Shown here: one piece after another, positions 17,045 through 25,524 of the stretch
Numbering within the stretch: position 1 is the stretch's first letter
Layout of the letters: every line of letters starts with the position of its first letter
NCBI GenBank assembly: GCA_012518675.1
Contig: JAAYRR010000052.1
Location: 8,214-72,213, forward strand
Direction: 5' to 3'
Length of the DNA: 64,000 bases
From: Bacillota bacterium
Lineage (GTDB): Bacteria > Bacillota > Dethiobacteria > DTU022 > UBA8154
Made by a program: the position numbers and the translations under genes
Notes under the pieces: generated by a model
What the model was told of the DNA's origin: nothing
The model's input: only the letters and a program-made list of their open reading frames with translations
Database searches by the model: none

Positions 17045-17887
17045 TTGGCTGCCAAGGTAATCAGCGGTGTACAGGTTACCAGGAAAGTACGGGAAGAATT
17101 AAGGGTAAAAATTGCAACTCTAAGGAAAAAAGGAATAGCGCCCGGTTTGGCGATCGTTGTTCTTAAAAACCCTGCCGCCCGCGTCCATGTTGCCCGTTTG
17201 AAAGAAAGGGCCTGCCGTCAGCTAGGTATAAAATGCAAAGTCCATTGCCTGCCGGAAAATACCACAAAAGAAGAGTTTATTCAACTGCTCAAACAGCTGA
17301 ATACAGCCCCGGAAATCCATGGTATTAATATCCATCCGCTCCCCCCTCATTTTAACCTTACATCTGTTTCCCAGTTGGTCGCACCCAATAAAGACATTGA
17401 AGGCCTCCACTTTCAAAACATGGGGAATCTATGTAAAGACAGCCCGCCGTTAATCCCCTACGTAGCGAAAGGAATTATGAAGCTTATTGAAACGACGGGG
17501 GTGAACCTGGAAAATAAACAGGCTGTTGTAGTCGGGCGCAGTGAGCTGGTAGGTAAACCTGTAGCTGCTTTACTCTTGAATAAAAGGGTCATTGTCAGCA
17601 TCTGTCATTCCCAAACAATTGACTTGGTTTCCTTTACCAAAAGGGCAGATTTGCTTGTTGTTGCTACCGGTAACCCGCGCTTGATTACAGCTGAAATGGT
17701 TAAAAAAGGGGCAATTGTAATTGATGTGGGTGTTAATTTAACCGGTACCCGTTTGGTGGGGGATGTTGACTACTGGGGTGTAGAAAAGGTTGCCGGTTGG
17801 ATAACGCCGGTGCCGGGGGGGGTCGGCCCGGTGACAATTTCTATGTTGCTTACAAACCTTCTTGACAGGGCGGCAAGATCATCATGA
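17045..17887 (+). CDS. FolD paralog 3 (NADP-binding GRSELVGKP and PVPGGVGP retained; substrate motifs altered: Y->H, K56 region shifted, DVDG->DIEG)
   Basis: FolD-family over its full length. The likely start is TTG 17045, which sits 6 nt after GGAGGGG; the track ATG 17024 lies upstream of that RBS. Confidence 0.8.
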   Translation: MAAKVISGVQVTRKVREELRVKIATLRKKGIAPGLAIVVLKNPAARVHVARLKERACRQLGIKCKVHCLPENTTKEEFIQLLKQLNTAPEIHGINIHPLPPHFNLTSVSQLVAPNKDIEGLHFQNMGNLCKDSPPLIPYVAKGIMKLIETTGVNLENKQAVVVGRSELVGKPVAALLLNKRVIVSICHSQTIDLVSFTKRADLLVVATGNPRLITAEMVKKGAIVIDVGVNLTGTRLVGDVDYWGVEKVAGWITPVPGGVGPVTISMLLTNLLDRAARSS

Positions 17888-19113
17888 CCCCGGAAAAAGG
17901 TATCTACACCGTTACCCAGGTAAACAAATATATAAAAGGCCTGCTGCTCCAGGATGGGTTGCTGCAAAACATCTCAATTTTAGGTGAGATTTCAAATTTT
18001 AAACGCCACCGTCCCTCGGGGCACATTTATTTTACTTTAAAAGATAAAAATAGTGTTATCCGCTGCGTTTTTTTCCTCAGTAAAAATAAAAAACTAAGTT
18101 TTATACCGGCAGAGGGAATGAGGGTCGTTGCCAGAGGAAACATTTCACTCTACGAACGAAGCGGATACTACCAACTTTATGTTGAAGAGCTGAAGCCGGA
18201 GGGCATTGGTGCACTATACCTGGCGTTTGAACAGTTAAAAGAAAAACTCAAAACGGAAGGGCTTTTTGATACAGACAGGAAGAAACCTTTACCCCGCCTG
18301 CCGCGTTGTATCGGGCTGGTTACCTCCCCTGCAGGGGCGGCGGTCAAAGACTTTTTAACAACTTTAAAAAGAAGGTTCCCCTGTGTTCGCGTTCTTTTCT
18401 GCCCCGTAACCGTTCAGGGGCCCGAGGCCCCCGGGCAGATTATAAATGCCCTGAAAAAACTGGATGACTACGCCGGTGTGGAAGTCATCGTTATAACCAG
18501 GGGGGGCGGCTCCTTGGAAGAACTTTGGTCTTTTAACGCTGAAGCATTGGCCTATGCTCTTTATAAACTGAAGACACCTGTAATCAGCGCTGTCGGACAC
18601 GAAACAGATTTTACTATTGCTGATTTTGTAGCAGACATTAGGGCATCAACACCCACAGCCGCAGCCGAACTGGTTGCCCCGCAAAAAAAAGACCTTTTAC
18701 GTCACCTTAAAATACAGGAACATCAACTGTTAAACAGGTGGCAAAATTTTTTACAGGAAAAGAAATTTACCCTGAAAAACCTTTCCCCGGAAGTACATTT
18801 GCAATATTTAAAGGAAAAAATTAACCAGAGCTACCAGCGTATCGATGAAATAGGACAGCGTTTGGAACAAAACCTGGCCTACAGTTTAAAACTTAAGAAA
18901 ACCGCACTTTGCAGCGCCGAGGAAAAACTAAAGACCCTGGATCCTGCAAATGTTCTAAAACGAGGTTTTGCCCTGATCAGCGATCAGCATTGCTTACCGG
19001 TAGACAGTGTCAACTCTTTGCAGGAAGGGCAGGGGATTCATGTCGTTTTTCACGACGGCAAAGCAGGATGTGAAGTAAAGGATATACACAGGAAAAAATC
19101 GCAGGACTGCTGA
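17884..19113 (+). CDS. xseA: Exodeoxyribonuclease VII large subunit
   Basis: 409 aa; N-terminal OB fold (IYTVTQVNKYIKGLL...ILGEISNF) and catalytic core. 4-nt overlap with the preceding gene. Confidence 0.95.
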   Translation: MTPEKGIYTVTQVNKYIKGLLLQDGLLQNISILGEISNFKRHRPSGHIYFTLKDKNSVIRCVFFLSKNKKLSFIPAEGMRVVARGNISLYERSGYYQLYVEELKPEGIGALYLAFEQLKEKLKTEGLFDTDRKKPLPRLPRCIGLVTSPAGAAVKDFLTTLKRRFPCVRVLFCPVTVQGPEAPGQIINALKKLDDYAGVEVIVITRGGGSLEELWSFNAEALAYALYKLKTPVISAVGHETDFTIADFVADIRASTPTAAAELVAPQKKDLLRHLKIQEHQLLNRWQNFLQEKKFTLKNLSPEVHLQYLKEKINQSYQRIDEIGQRLEQNLAYSLKLKKTALCSAEEKLKTLDPANVLKRGFALISDQHCLPVDSVNSLQEGQGIHVVFHDGKAGCEVKDIHRKKSQDC

Positions 19114-19127
19114 AAGAAGGTTTAAAA

Positions 19128-19370
19128 GTGCAGCCGGAAAAAGCCCAGGATTTGGATTTAAAGTTTGAAGAAGCTTTACAAAAATTAGAAATTATTATCG
19201 ACCAAATGGAAAAAGGGGAATTAAGTCTGGAAAAGTCGCTGCAGCAGCTGGAAAAAGGGCTGCAGCTGGCCCAGTACTGCCGAAAACTGCTTACCAAAGC
19301 TGAATATAAAGTTGAAATGTTACTGCAAGATGGTGAACTGGCAGACTTTGAAACACGCGAAGAGGATTAA
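19128..19370 (+). CDS. xseB: Exodeoxyribonuclease VII small subunit
   Basis: 80-aa coiled-coil protein FEEALQKLEIIIDQMEKGELSLEKSLQQLEKG. GTG start with RBS GAAAGAAGG. Confidence 0.9.
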   Translation: MQPEKAQDLDLKFEEALQKLEIIIDQMEKGELSLEKSLQQLEKGLQLAQYCRKLLTKAEYKVEMLLQDGELADFETREED

Positions 19371-19434
19371 AAAACTAAAACAAAAGATGCACCGGGTATT
19401 CAAAGGGGCTGCAAACCAGCAAGGGGGTTTGAAA

Positions 19435-20352
19435 ATGAAGTTCGACGATCTGTTGGAAACCAAAAAAACCTTAATTAACAACGCCCTGAATTATTATTTG
19501 CCGCCTGCTGAGCAATACCCCCAGGATATTCACCGTGCCATGCGCTATAGTGTTTTCGCCGGCGGCAAACGCCTCCGGCCGCTGTTGGTCTTATTGGCAA
19601 CAGAGCTTTTTACGGCGGACTGGAAAAACGCCCTATCGGTAGCCTGTTCCCTGGAACTTATTCATACCTATTCCTTAATCCATGATGATCTGCCGGCTAT
19701 GGATAATGATGATTACAGGCGGGGGCAGCTGACCGCTCATAAAGTCTTTGGCGAAGCCCTTGCTATACTGGCCGGGGACGCATTGTTAACCTTAGCTTTT
19801 GAAATTTTGGCTGCTGAAAAGCAAGACAAAAATGGATCTCACAGTTTTTACCATTTAAAAGCCAGTCCAGCAATTAAATTGAAAATAATTTGGGAAATAG
19901 CAAATTCAGCAGGGGTGCGGGGCATGGTCGGAGGGCAGGCAGTTGATCTTGATTCCGAAGGAAAAACTGTTGACCTGGATACTTTGCAATACATTGATAC
20001 CCACAAAACAGGAAAGCTGCTCACAGCCTCTGTGCGTGCCGGTGCTTTGTTGGGCGGGGCTACACCGGACGAACTGGCCAGATTAACCGCCTATGCCCGC
20101 CTGTTAGGCAGGGGCTTCCAAATTGTCGATGACCTGTTGGACGTTGAAGGTGATCCTGAAAAAATGGGGAAAACTGGCGGGCAGGATGCACAAAGAGGAA
20201 AGGCAAACTATGTTTCCTACTTCGGCCGGGCTGCTGCAAAAAACAAAAGGGACCAACTGTATGCCCAAGCCATTGCAGAGCTGTCTTCTTTTGGTGATAA
20301 AAACCTTTCCCTGCAGAAAATTACCCGCCGGGCTTTCTACCGTAACTATTAG
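19435..20352 (+). CDS. ispA: Farnesyl-diphosphate synthase / geranyltranstransferase
   Basis: FARM motif LIHDDLPAMDNDDYRRG and SARM motif FQIVDDLLD. ATG 19435 (MKFDDLLETKK) is preferred over the upstream track start, which overlaps xseB. Confidence 0.9.
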   Translation: MKFDDLLETKKTLINNALNYYLPPAEQYPQDIHRAMRYSVFAGGKRLRPLLVLLATELFTADWKNALSVACSLELIHTYSLIHDDLPAMDNDDYRRGQLTAHKVFGEALAILAGDALLTLAFEILAAEKQDKNGSHSFYHLKASPAIKLKIIWEIANSAGVRGMVGGQAVDLDSEGKTVDLDTLQYIDTHKTGKLLTASVRAGALLGGATPDELARLTAYARLLGRGFQIVDDLLDVEGDPEKMGKTGGQDAQRGKANYVSYFGRAAAKNKRDQLYAQAIAELSSFGDKNLSLQKITRRAFYRNY

Positions 20353-20380
20353 GCCTGTGGATTTCCCCCGGGGAATAGCG

Positions 20381-20409
20381 TTGAGTTGCCAGGAATGATA
20401 TGCTATAAT
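20381..20409 (+). promoter_or_regulatory. Consensus sigma-A promoter TTGAGT - 17 nt - TATAAT (with TG motif) driving the ORF-free structured region
   Basis: -35 at 20381-20386 and -10 at 20404-20409, about 30 nt after the ispA stop. Confidence 0.65.
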
Positions 20410-20415
20410 TTAGCT

Positions 20416-20915
20416 GGACATAGTGGTGCAGTATCCTAGTTGTCGCAAGCGTTTTTGAAAGCGGGCGGGAAAAACCGCTCAAGGCATATCGATGAAGTTC
20501 CTGGTGCCGGCCGCCGAAGCCCAGACGGGGGTTGGTGCTGGGGGTTAAGAAGGACGGGGCGATCTACAAAGGCATGTAGGCGTTGACCCTGCCTTCGTGG
20601 AGACCTAAGTTGGTGGCGTATTACTGTAGGGGTAAAAGGTTACGGCTTAGGATAGAACCTGTGTGTGGTCAAAACTGTGCACAGTGTAGCCTGCCTTGAG
20701 TGGCTTTGGGGGAGGAAGGGAATATCCCTTAGGAAACCAGGGCTGCAAAAAAGGATAGAAAACGATGTTGCGGCGTTGAGGAAAACTCCTAGGCTGTTCC
20801 CCGCCGTAGGGAGGCTCCATGGGGATTAAGGTGTGGTCTAAGTGGTAATCCAGCCCTGCCGGTGGTAACACAGCAGAGATGTTCTTAAAAGGAAACTGCC
20901 GCTTGGTGACAAGCC
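20416..20915 (+). ncRNA. ole: OLE (ornate, large, extremophilic) RNA; boundaries approximate
   Basis: About 560-nt ORF-free, GC-balanced interval with many short complementary segments. It sits between ispA and a small 4-TM membrane protein gene followed by dxs, which is the defining ispA-ole-oapA-dxs synteny of OLE RNA in anaerobic Firmicutes. Its own strong promoter lies upstream. Not confirmed with a covariance model. Confidence 0.7.
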
Positions 20916-20916
20916 G

Positions 20917-21603
20917 GTGAACATTTGGGAAAACCTGCTGGACCTTAAGCCGCAAAGTTTACTCATGGAGCTGCCACTTTTGTCCCTATTATATTATTTA
21001 GCAGCGAGCGTAAGCATATTGGGCGCAAAAAAACAACAGCAAAAACAATGGAAAAGAAAAAATAATAAACGTTGGGTTATTTCAGTCAGTATTTGGACTT
21101 TTTTTTTAGCTATAACTCTTACCCTGGTTACACACTCCTTATTGCAAAACCTGCATTCAATGCTAATTTCTTTTATGCTTCTCATTTTTATTGTTTTTAT
21201 GGGCATTTTTTTTGATGTAATTGGCACCGCAGTTACAGCTGCAGAGGAAATTCCTTTTCACGCTAAAGCAGCCAAAAAAATTTATGGCGCTAAGAAAAGC
21301 ATTTTTCTTGTACGCCGTGCAGATCTGGTGGCCAATTTTTGTAACGATGTCATCGGAGATATCAGCGGCATAGTAAGCGGAGTAATTGGGACAGTGATCG
21401 TGGTTAACCTTGTCCGGGGAAACCCAAAATTTAGTGAAATCTTTTTAAGTATCTTTTTGGCAGGAGCTATATCCGCTTTAACAGTGGGCGGCAAGGCATT
21501 GGGCAAAACACTGGCCATTAACAGGCCAACAGATATCGTGTTACTTGTAGCCCGTTTTTTAACAACCCTGGAGCGCATTTTTACCTGGAAAAGAAATTCA
21601 TAG
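20917..21603 (+). CDS. oapA: OLE-associated protein A (small polytopic membrane protein)
   Basis: About 228 aa, multiple TM helices (LPLLSLLYYLAASVSILG; ISVSIWTFFLAITLTLV; ISFMLLIFIVFMGIFFDVIG; VIGTVIVVNLV), immediately 3' of the putative OLE RNA and 5' of dxs. GTG start with weak RBS; the start is uncertain. Confidence 0.65.
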   Translation: MNIWENLLDLKPQSLLMELPLLSLLYYLAASVSILGAKKQQQKQWKRKNNKRWVISVSIWTFFLAITLTLVTHSLLQNLHSMLISFMLLIFIVFMGIFFDVIGTAVTAAEEIPFHAKAAKKIYGAKKSIFLVRRADLVANFCNDVIGDISGIVSGVIGTVIVVNLVRGNPKFSEIFLSIFLAGAISALTVGGKALGKTLAINRPTDIVLLVARFLTTLERIFTWKRNS

Positions 21604-21775
21604 TTTTGTTCCCTTCAGATTAACATTTTATACACAGCATTATGTTTTTTCCAATGCACCGGGAACAACAATGAAAATTTCCTGTACACCCCATAAAGCT
21701 TCGCTTCACCATGAAAACTGTCAGGTACTGTTTTGTATAATATTTAGCCAAATTTATACAGGAAGCGGTGGTTTT

Positions 21776-23665
21776 TTGGGTGTTATTCTTAAAAAAATCC
21801 ACGAACCTGCTGATCTGAAAAATCTATCCCTGCAAGAACTGGAACAACTGGCCGGCGAAATAAGGAAATTCATGATTGAGGTAATCTCCAAAAGAGGAGG
21901 TCATCTTGCCTCCAGTTTGGGGGTTGTTGAACTGACCATCGCCCTGCATTTTGTTTTTAACGCACCCCATGACAAAATACTCTGGGATGTGGGGCACCAA
22001 TGCTATACCCATAAAATTCTTACCGGCCGCCAGGAACAATTTACAAAAATCCGCTGTTATGACGGTATAAGCGGCTTTCCCAAAAGAAGGGAAAGCCTGT
22101 ATGATGTTTTTGGGGTGGGGCACAGCAGCACCTCCCTTTCAGCAGCCTTGGGAATAGCCCAGGCCAGGGATTTACTGGGGAAAAATAATTTTGTAATTAA
22201 CATCATCGGTGACGGCGCCCTAACGGGCGGTATGGCCTTGGAGGCGCTTAATTTTGCAGGGGAGAAGAAAACGGATCTGCTGGTGATCCTTAATGACAAT
22301 GAAATGTCTATTGACCAAAACATCGGCGGGCTCCCTTCCTACCTGGCCAAACTGCGCACCGACCCCAAGTATTCCCGCTTGAAAGAAGACCTGGAACATG
22401 TTTTAGAACGTATTCCGGCCATCGGGCGGACCGTGCTTCGTTCGGCCGAACGCCTGAAAGACAGCATAAAATATCTGCTTGTACCCGGTATGCTTTTTGA
22501 AGAGCTTGGTTTTACGTATTTGGGGCCGATCGACGGTCATTCCATTCCTAAATTGGTGAATCTTTTCCGTGAGGTAAAAAGTGTTCATGGACCGGTTTTA
22601 GTACATGCTGTTACCAAAAAAGGCAAAGGCTATGTTCCTGCTGAAAAAAATCCCCATGTTTTTCACGGGGTGGGGCCCTTTAATAAAAAAACCGGTGAAC
22701 CTCTTTCTGCAAATAAAAAAAGTCAACCGACATACAGCAAAGTTTTCAGTACCTCTTTGGAAAAACTAGCCGCAGCAGACCGTTCCATTGTAGCTATTAC
22801 TGCCGCCATGGCTGCAGGTACAGGCCTGGAAACTTTTGCTCGCCGTTGGCCGCAACGTTTTTTTGATGTGGGTATTGCCGAACAGCATGCTGTCACCATG
22901 GCTGCTGGGCTGGCTACAGAAGGCCTTAAACCCGTAGTGGCCATTTACAGCACTTTTTTACAAAGGGCCTATGATCAAATTTTGCATGATGTTTGTTTGC
23001 AAAACCTGCCGGTTGTTTTCGCCGTTGACCGGGCCGGCTTGGTAGGTGAAGACGGGGAAACACACAACGGCGTGTTTGATTTCGCCTACCTGCGGCATTT
23101 GCCCAATATTGTCCTCATGGCCCCGGCCAGCGGTTGGGAATTAAATGCAATGCTTAAAATGGCTTTCGCTTTAAAACGCCCGGTGGCACTCCGGTATCCC
23201 CGGGCAGAGGCAGCCGTATTTTCATCACCGGAAACAGGTACCTTGATCACAGGGAAAGCCCAGCTTTTAAGGGAAGGTCGTGATCTACTCATTCTAGCCG
23301 CCGGCGCCATGGTTTTGCCGGCCCTGGAAGCCCATGCCCTGCTTTTGAAGATGGGCATCGAAAGCTGTGTCATCAATTCCCGTTTTATTCAACCCTTGGA
23401 TACAGAATTAATCTGTTATTGGGCAAAAAAATGCGGCAGGGTTTTGACGGTGGAAGAACATGTCCTCAGCGGGGGGTTTGGCAGTGCTGTTTTAGAAACC
23501 TTAGAAAAAGAACTACAGGAAATAAGCCTGAAGCGGCTGGGGTTACCCGATGCCTTTACCGGCCAGGGAAGCAGGGACTTTTTATTAGATCTGCATGGCC
23601 TTTCAGGGGAAGGCCTAGCTCGTGAGGCATTAAAGTTTTGTCAGGTAAAAGAAAGGGTATATTGA
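21776..23665 (+). CDS. dxs: 1-deoxy-D-xylulose-5-phosphate synthase
   Basis: TPP-binding GDGALTGGMALEALN and transketolase-like domains. The probable TTG start at 21776 lies after a TATAAT at 21736-21741 that is inside the longer track ORF. Confidence 0.95.
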   Translation: MGVILKKIHEPADLKNLSLQELEQLAGEIRKFMIEVISKRGGHLASSLGVVELTIALHFVFNAPHDKILWDVGHQCYTHKILTGRQEQFTKIRCYDGISGFPKRRESLYDVFGVGHSSTSLSAALGIAQARDLLGKNNFVINIIGDGALTGGMALEALNFAGEKKTDLLVILNDNEMSIDQNIGGLPSYLAKLRTDPKYSRLKEDLEHVLERIPAIGRTVLRSAERLKDSIKYLLVPGMLFEELGFTYLGPIDGHSIPKLVNLFREVKSVHGPVLVHAVTKKGKGYVPAEKNPHVFHGVGPFNKKTGEPLSANKKSQPTYSKVFSTSLEKLAAADRSIVAITAAMAAGTGLETFARRWPQRFFDVGIAEQHAVTMAAGLATEGLKPVVAIYSTFLQRAYDQILHDVCLQNLPVVFAVDRAGLVGEDGETHNGVFDFAYLRHLPNIVLMAPASGWELNAMLKMAFALKRPVALRYPRAEAAVFSSPETGTLITGKAQLLREGRDLLILAAGAMVLPALEAHALLLKMGIESCVINSRFIQPLDTELICYWAKKCGRVLTVEEHVLSGGFGSAVLETLEKELQEISLKRLGLPDAFTGQGSRDFLLDLHGLSGEGLAREALKFCQVKERVY

Positions 23666-23677
23666 GGTTAGCCGCGG

Positions 23678-24514
23678 ATGAAAAAAGAAAAAAGTAAAAA
23701 AAGATTGGACTTGCTCCTTGTTGAAAAAAACCTTATTGCCACGCGTAGCAGGGCCAAAGCGGAAATTATGGCCGGGAACGTTCTGGTAAACGGCATAAAA
23801 AGGGATAAACCCGGTGAAGCTGTATCTTCTGGAGCAAAAATTGAAATTTTGGCCACACAAAATCCTTATGTCAGCAGGGGCGGCCTAAAACTGGAAAAAG
23901 CCTTGCATGAATTTGGCCTAAACCTTGAAAATAAAATTGTTTTGGACATCGGTGCCTCCACGGGGGGCTTTACACATTGTGTCTTAAAACACGGGGCCCA
24001 AAAGGTTTATGCTCTTGATGTCGGCTACGGCCAGCTGGACTGGAAGTTGCGCCATGAACCACGCATTGTCAACCTGGAACGCTTCAATGTACGTCATCTG
24101 AAAAGGGAAGACCTGCAGGAGTTGCCGCATTTAGCGACAATCGACGTCTCATTTATTTCTTTAAGGTTGGTTTTACCTGTAGTAGCAGGCCTTTTTATAC
24201 CGGAAATTGTTTGCCTCGTTAAACCCCAGTTTGAAGCAAAGCCCGCGCAGGTAGGGAAAAAAGGTGTAGTCAAGAACGCTGCTGTCCACCAAGAAGTTCT
24301 AGAAAACATCGTTGCAACGTCCCTGCAGCTGTCTTATCGGGTGGAAGGGCTTACTTTTTCACCTTTAAAAGGCCCCCAAGGCAATATCGAATACTTTCTT
24401 TACCTTTGTGCTGAAAAAGCGGTGGATTCGGATGAAAAACAGGTTAAGGTAGAAGATCTTTCCCCTGTGATTAACCCTGTAATTACCCAAGCCCATTACA
24501 TATTGGGACGGTAA
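23678..24514 (+). CDS. tlyA: TlyA family rRNA (cytidine-2'-O)-methyltransferase (S4 + FtsJ-like domains)
   Basis: RLDLLLVEKNLIATRSRAKAEIMAGNVLVNG (S4 domain); LDIGASTGGFTHCVL (SAM motif). Confidence 0.9.
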   Translation: MKKEKSKKRLDLLLVEKNLIATRSRAKAEIMAGNVLVNGIKRDKPGEAVSSGAKIEILATQNPYVSRGGLKLEKALHEFGLNLENKIVLDIGASTGGFTHCVLKHGAQKVYALDVGYGQLDWKLRHEPRIVNLERFNVRHLKREDLQELPHLATIDVSFISLRLVLPVVAGLFIPEIVCLVKPQFEAKPAQVGKKGVVKNAAVHQEVLENIVATSLQLSYRVEGLTFSPLKGPQGNIEYFLYLCAEKAVDSDEKQVKVEDLSPVINPVITQAHYILGR

Positions 24515-24547
24515 GCGGGAATGGAAACCTAAAAAGGGGGTTAATTA

Positions 24548-25396
24548 ATGTTCAAGGGTATAGGGGTTGTTCCCAACTGGCAAAAAGAAAAAATGCATGC
24601 TGTCATTGAACAAATCAAAAACTTTTTTGGTAAATATGACGTGCCGGTGTATGTTGTTCCCGAAAAAGACCCTCTTTTATTCCTTTCCTCACCCATCAAA
24701 GAAATTCAGGAATGGTCCCAAAAAACTGATCTAGTGATCGTGCTCGGTGGTGATGGTACTTTTTTAAGGGTGGCCCGGGAGCTGACCTTTACAGATCTGC
24801 CCCTTTTGGGTATAAATATGGGCCATAAAGGTTTTTTGGCCGAAATAGAGGTAGACAAGCTTACCCTTTCCCTGCAGCAGTTAATTGACGGGAATTTCCG
24901 TCTGGAAGAAAGAATGATGTTGCAAACAGAAGTAATCAGGGCAGAAAAAGTTTTTGCCTCGGCTCTTTGTTTAAACGATGTTATTATTTCCAGGGGCCCT
25001 TTTTCCAGAATTATCAAGTTAGACACCTATATTAACGATGATTTTTTGGAAAGCTATCCCGGCGACGGGGTTATAATTTCCAGTCCTACCGGTTCAACAG
25101 GCTATTCCTTGTCTGCCGGCGGCCCGGTGGTCCATCCGGCCCTAAATGTTTTGGTGGTTACACCAATTTGTCCCCACCTGCTCTATCAACGTTCCGTTAT
25201 TGTGAATAAAAATGATGTGGTTACAGCCACCGTTGCTACAGAATATGCTGATATATTTTTAACCTTGGATGGGCAGGAAGGTTTCGCCTTGAATTTTAAT
25301 GATCGCGTCCGGGTAAAAAAAGCCGCCTATAAAACCAAAGTAATCACGTTTCCCGAAAGTAACTTCTATAAACTGCTGCATGATAAATTAATTTGA
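24548..25396 (+). CDS. nadK: NAD+ kinase
   Basis: GGDGT motif (VIVLGGDGTFLRVA), NDVIISRG, and the conserved C-terminal region. Confidence 0.95.
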   Translation: MFKGIGVVPNWQKEKMHAVIEQIKNFFGKYDVPVYVVPEKDPLLFLSSPIKEIQEWSQKTDLVIVLGGDGTFLRVARELTFTDLPLLGINMGHKGFLAEIEVDKLTLSLQQLIDGNFRLEERMMLQTEVIRAEKVFASALCLNDVIISRGPFSRIIKLDTYINDDFLESYPGDGVIISSPTGSTGYSLSAGGPVVHPALNVLVVTPICPHLLYQRSVIVNKNDVVTATVATEYADIFLTLDGQEGFALNFNDRVRVKKAAYKTKVITFPESNFYKLLHDKLI

Positions 25397-25524
25397 CATC
25401 ACACCGGGAGCCTGTTTAGCGGCTTAACCCATCCACCCCTGTTGGAATCCTGTTTTTTATTATATTTTTTTTTACCAAACATATTGACAGGTAGACTTCC
25501 GAATTTCCTAGGAGGTATTTTGTA

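Noticed and set aside
19312-19434. 5' extension of ispA overlapping xseB
   Set aside because: The extension would overlap the whole 3' half of xseB. The conserved IspA N-terminus starts at MKFDDLLETKK (19435), which has an RBS.
21671-21775. 5' extension of dxs (MKISCTPHKASLHHENCQ...)
   Set aside because: The extension is non-conserved and contains a TATAAT -10 element (21736-21741). A TTG start at 21776 with an RBS matches the usual Dxs N-terminus.
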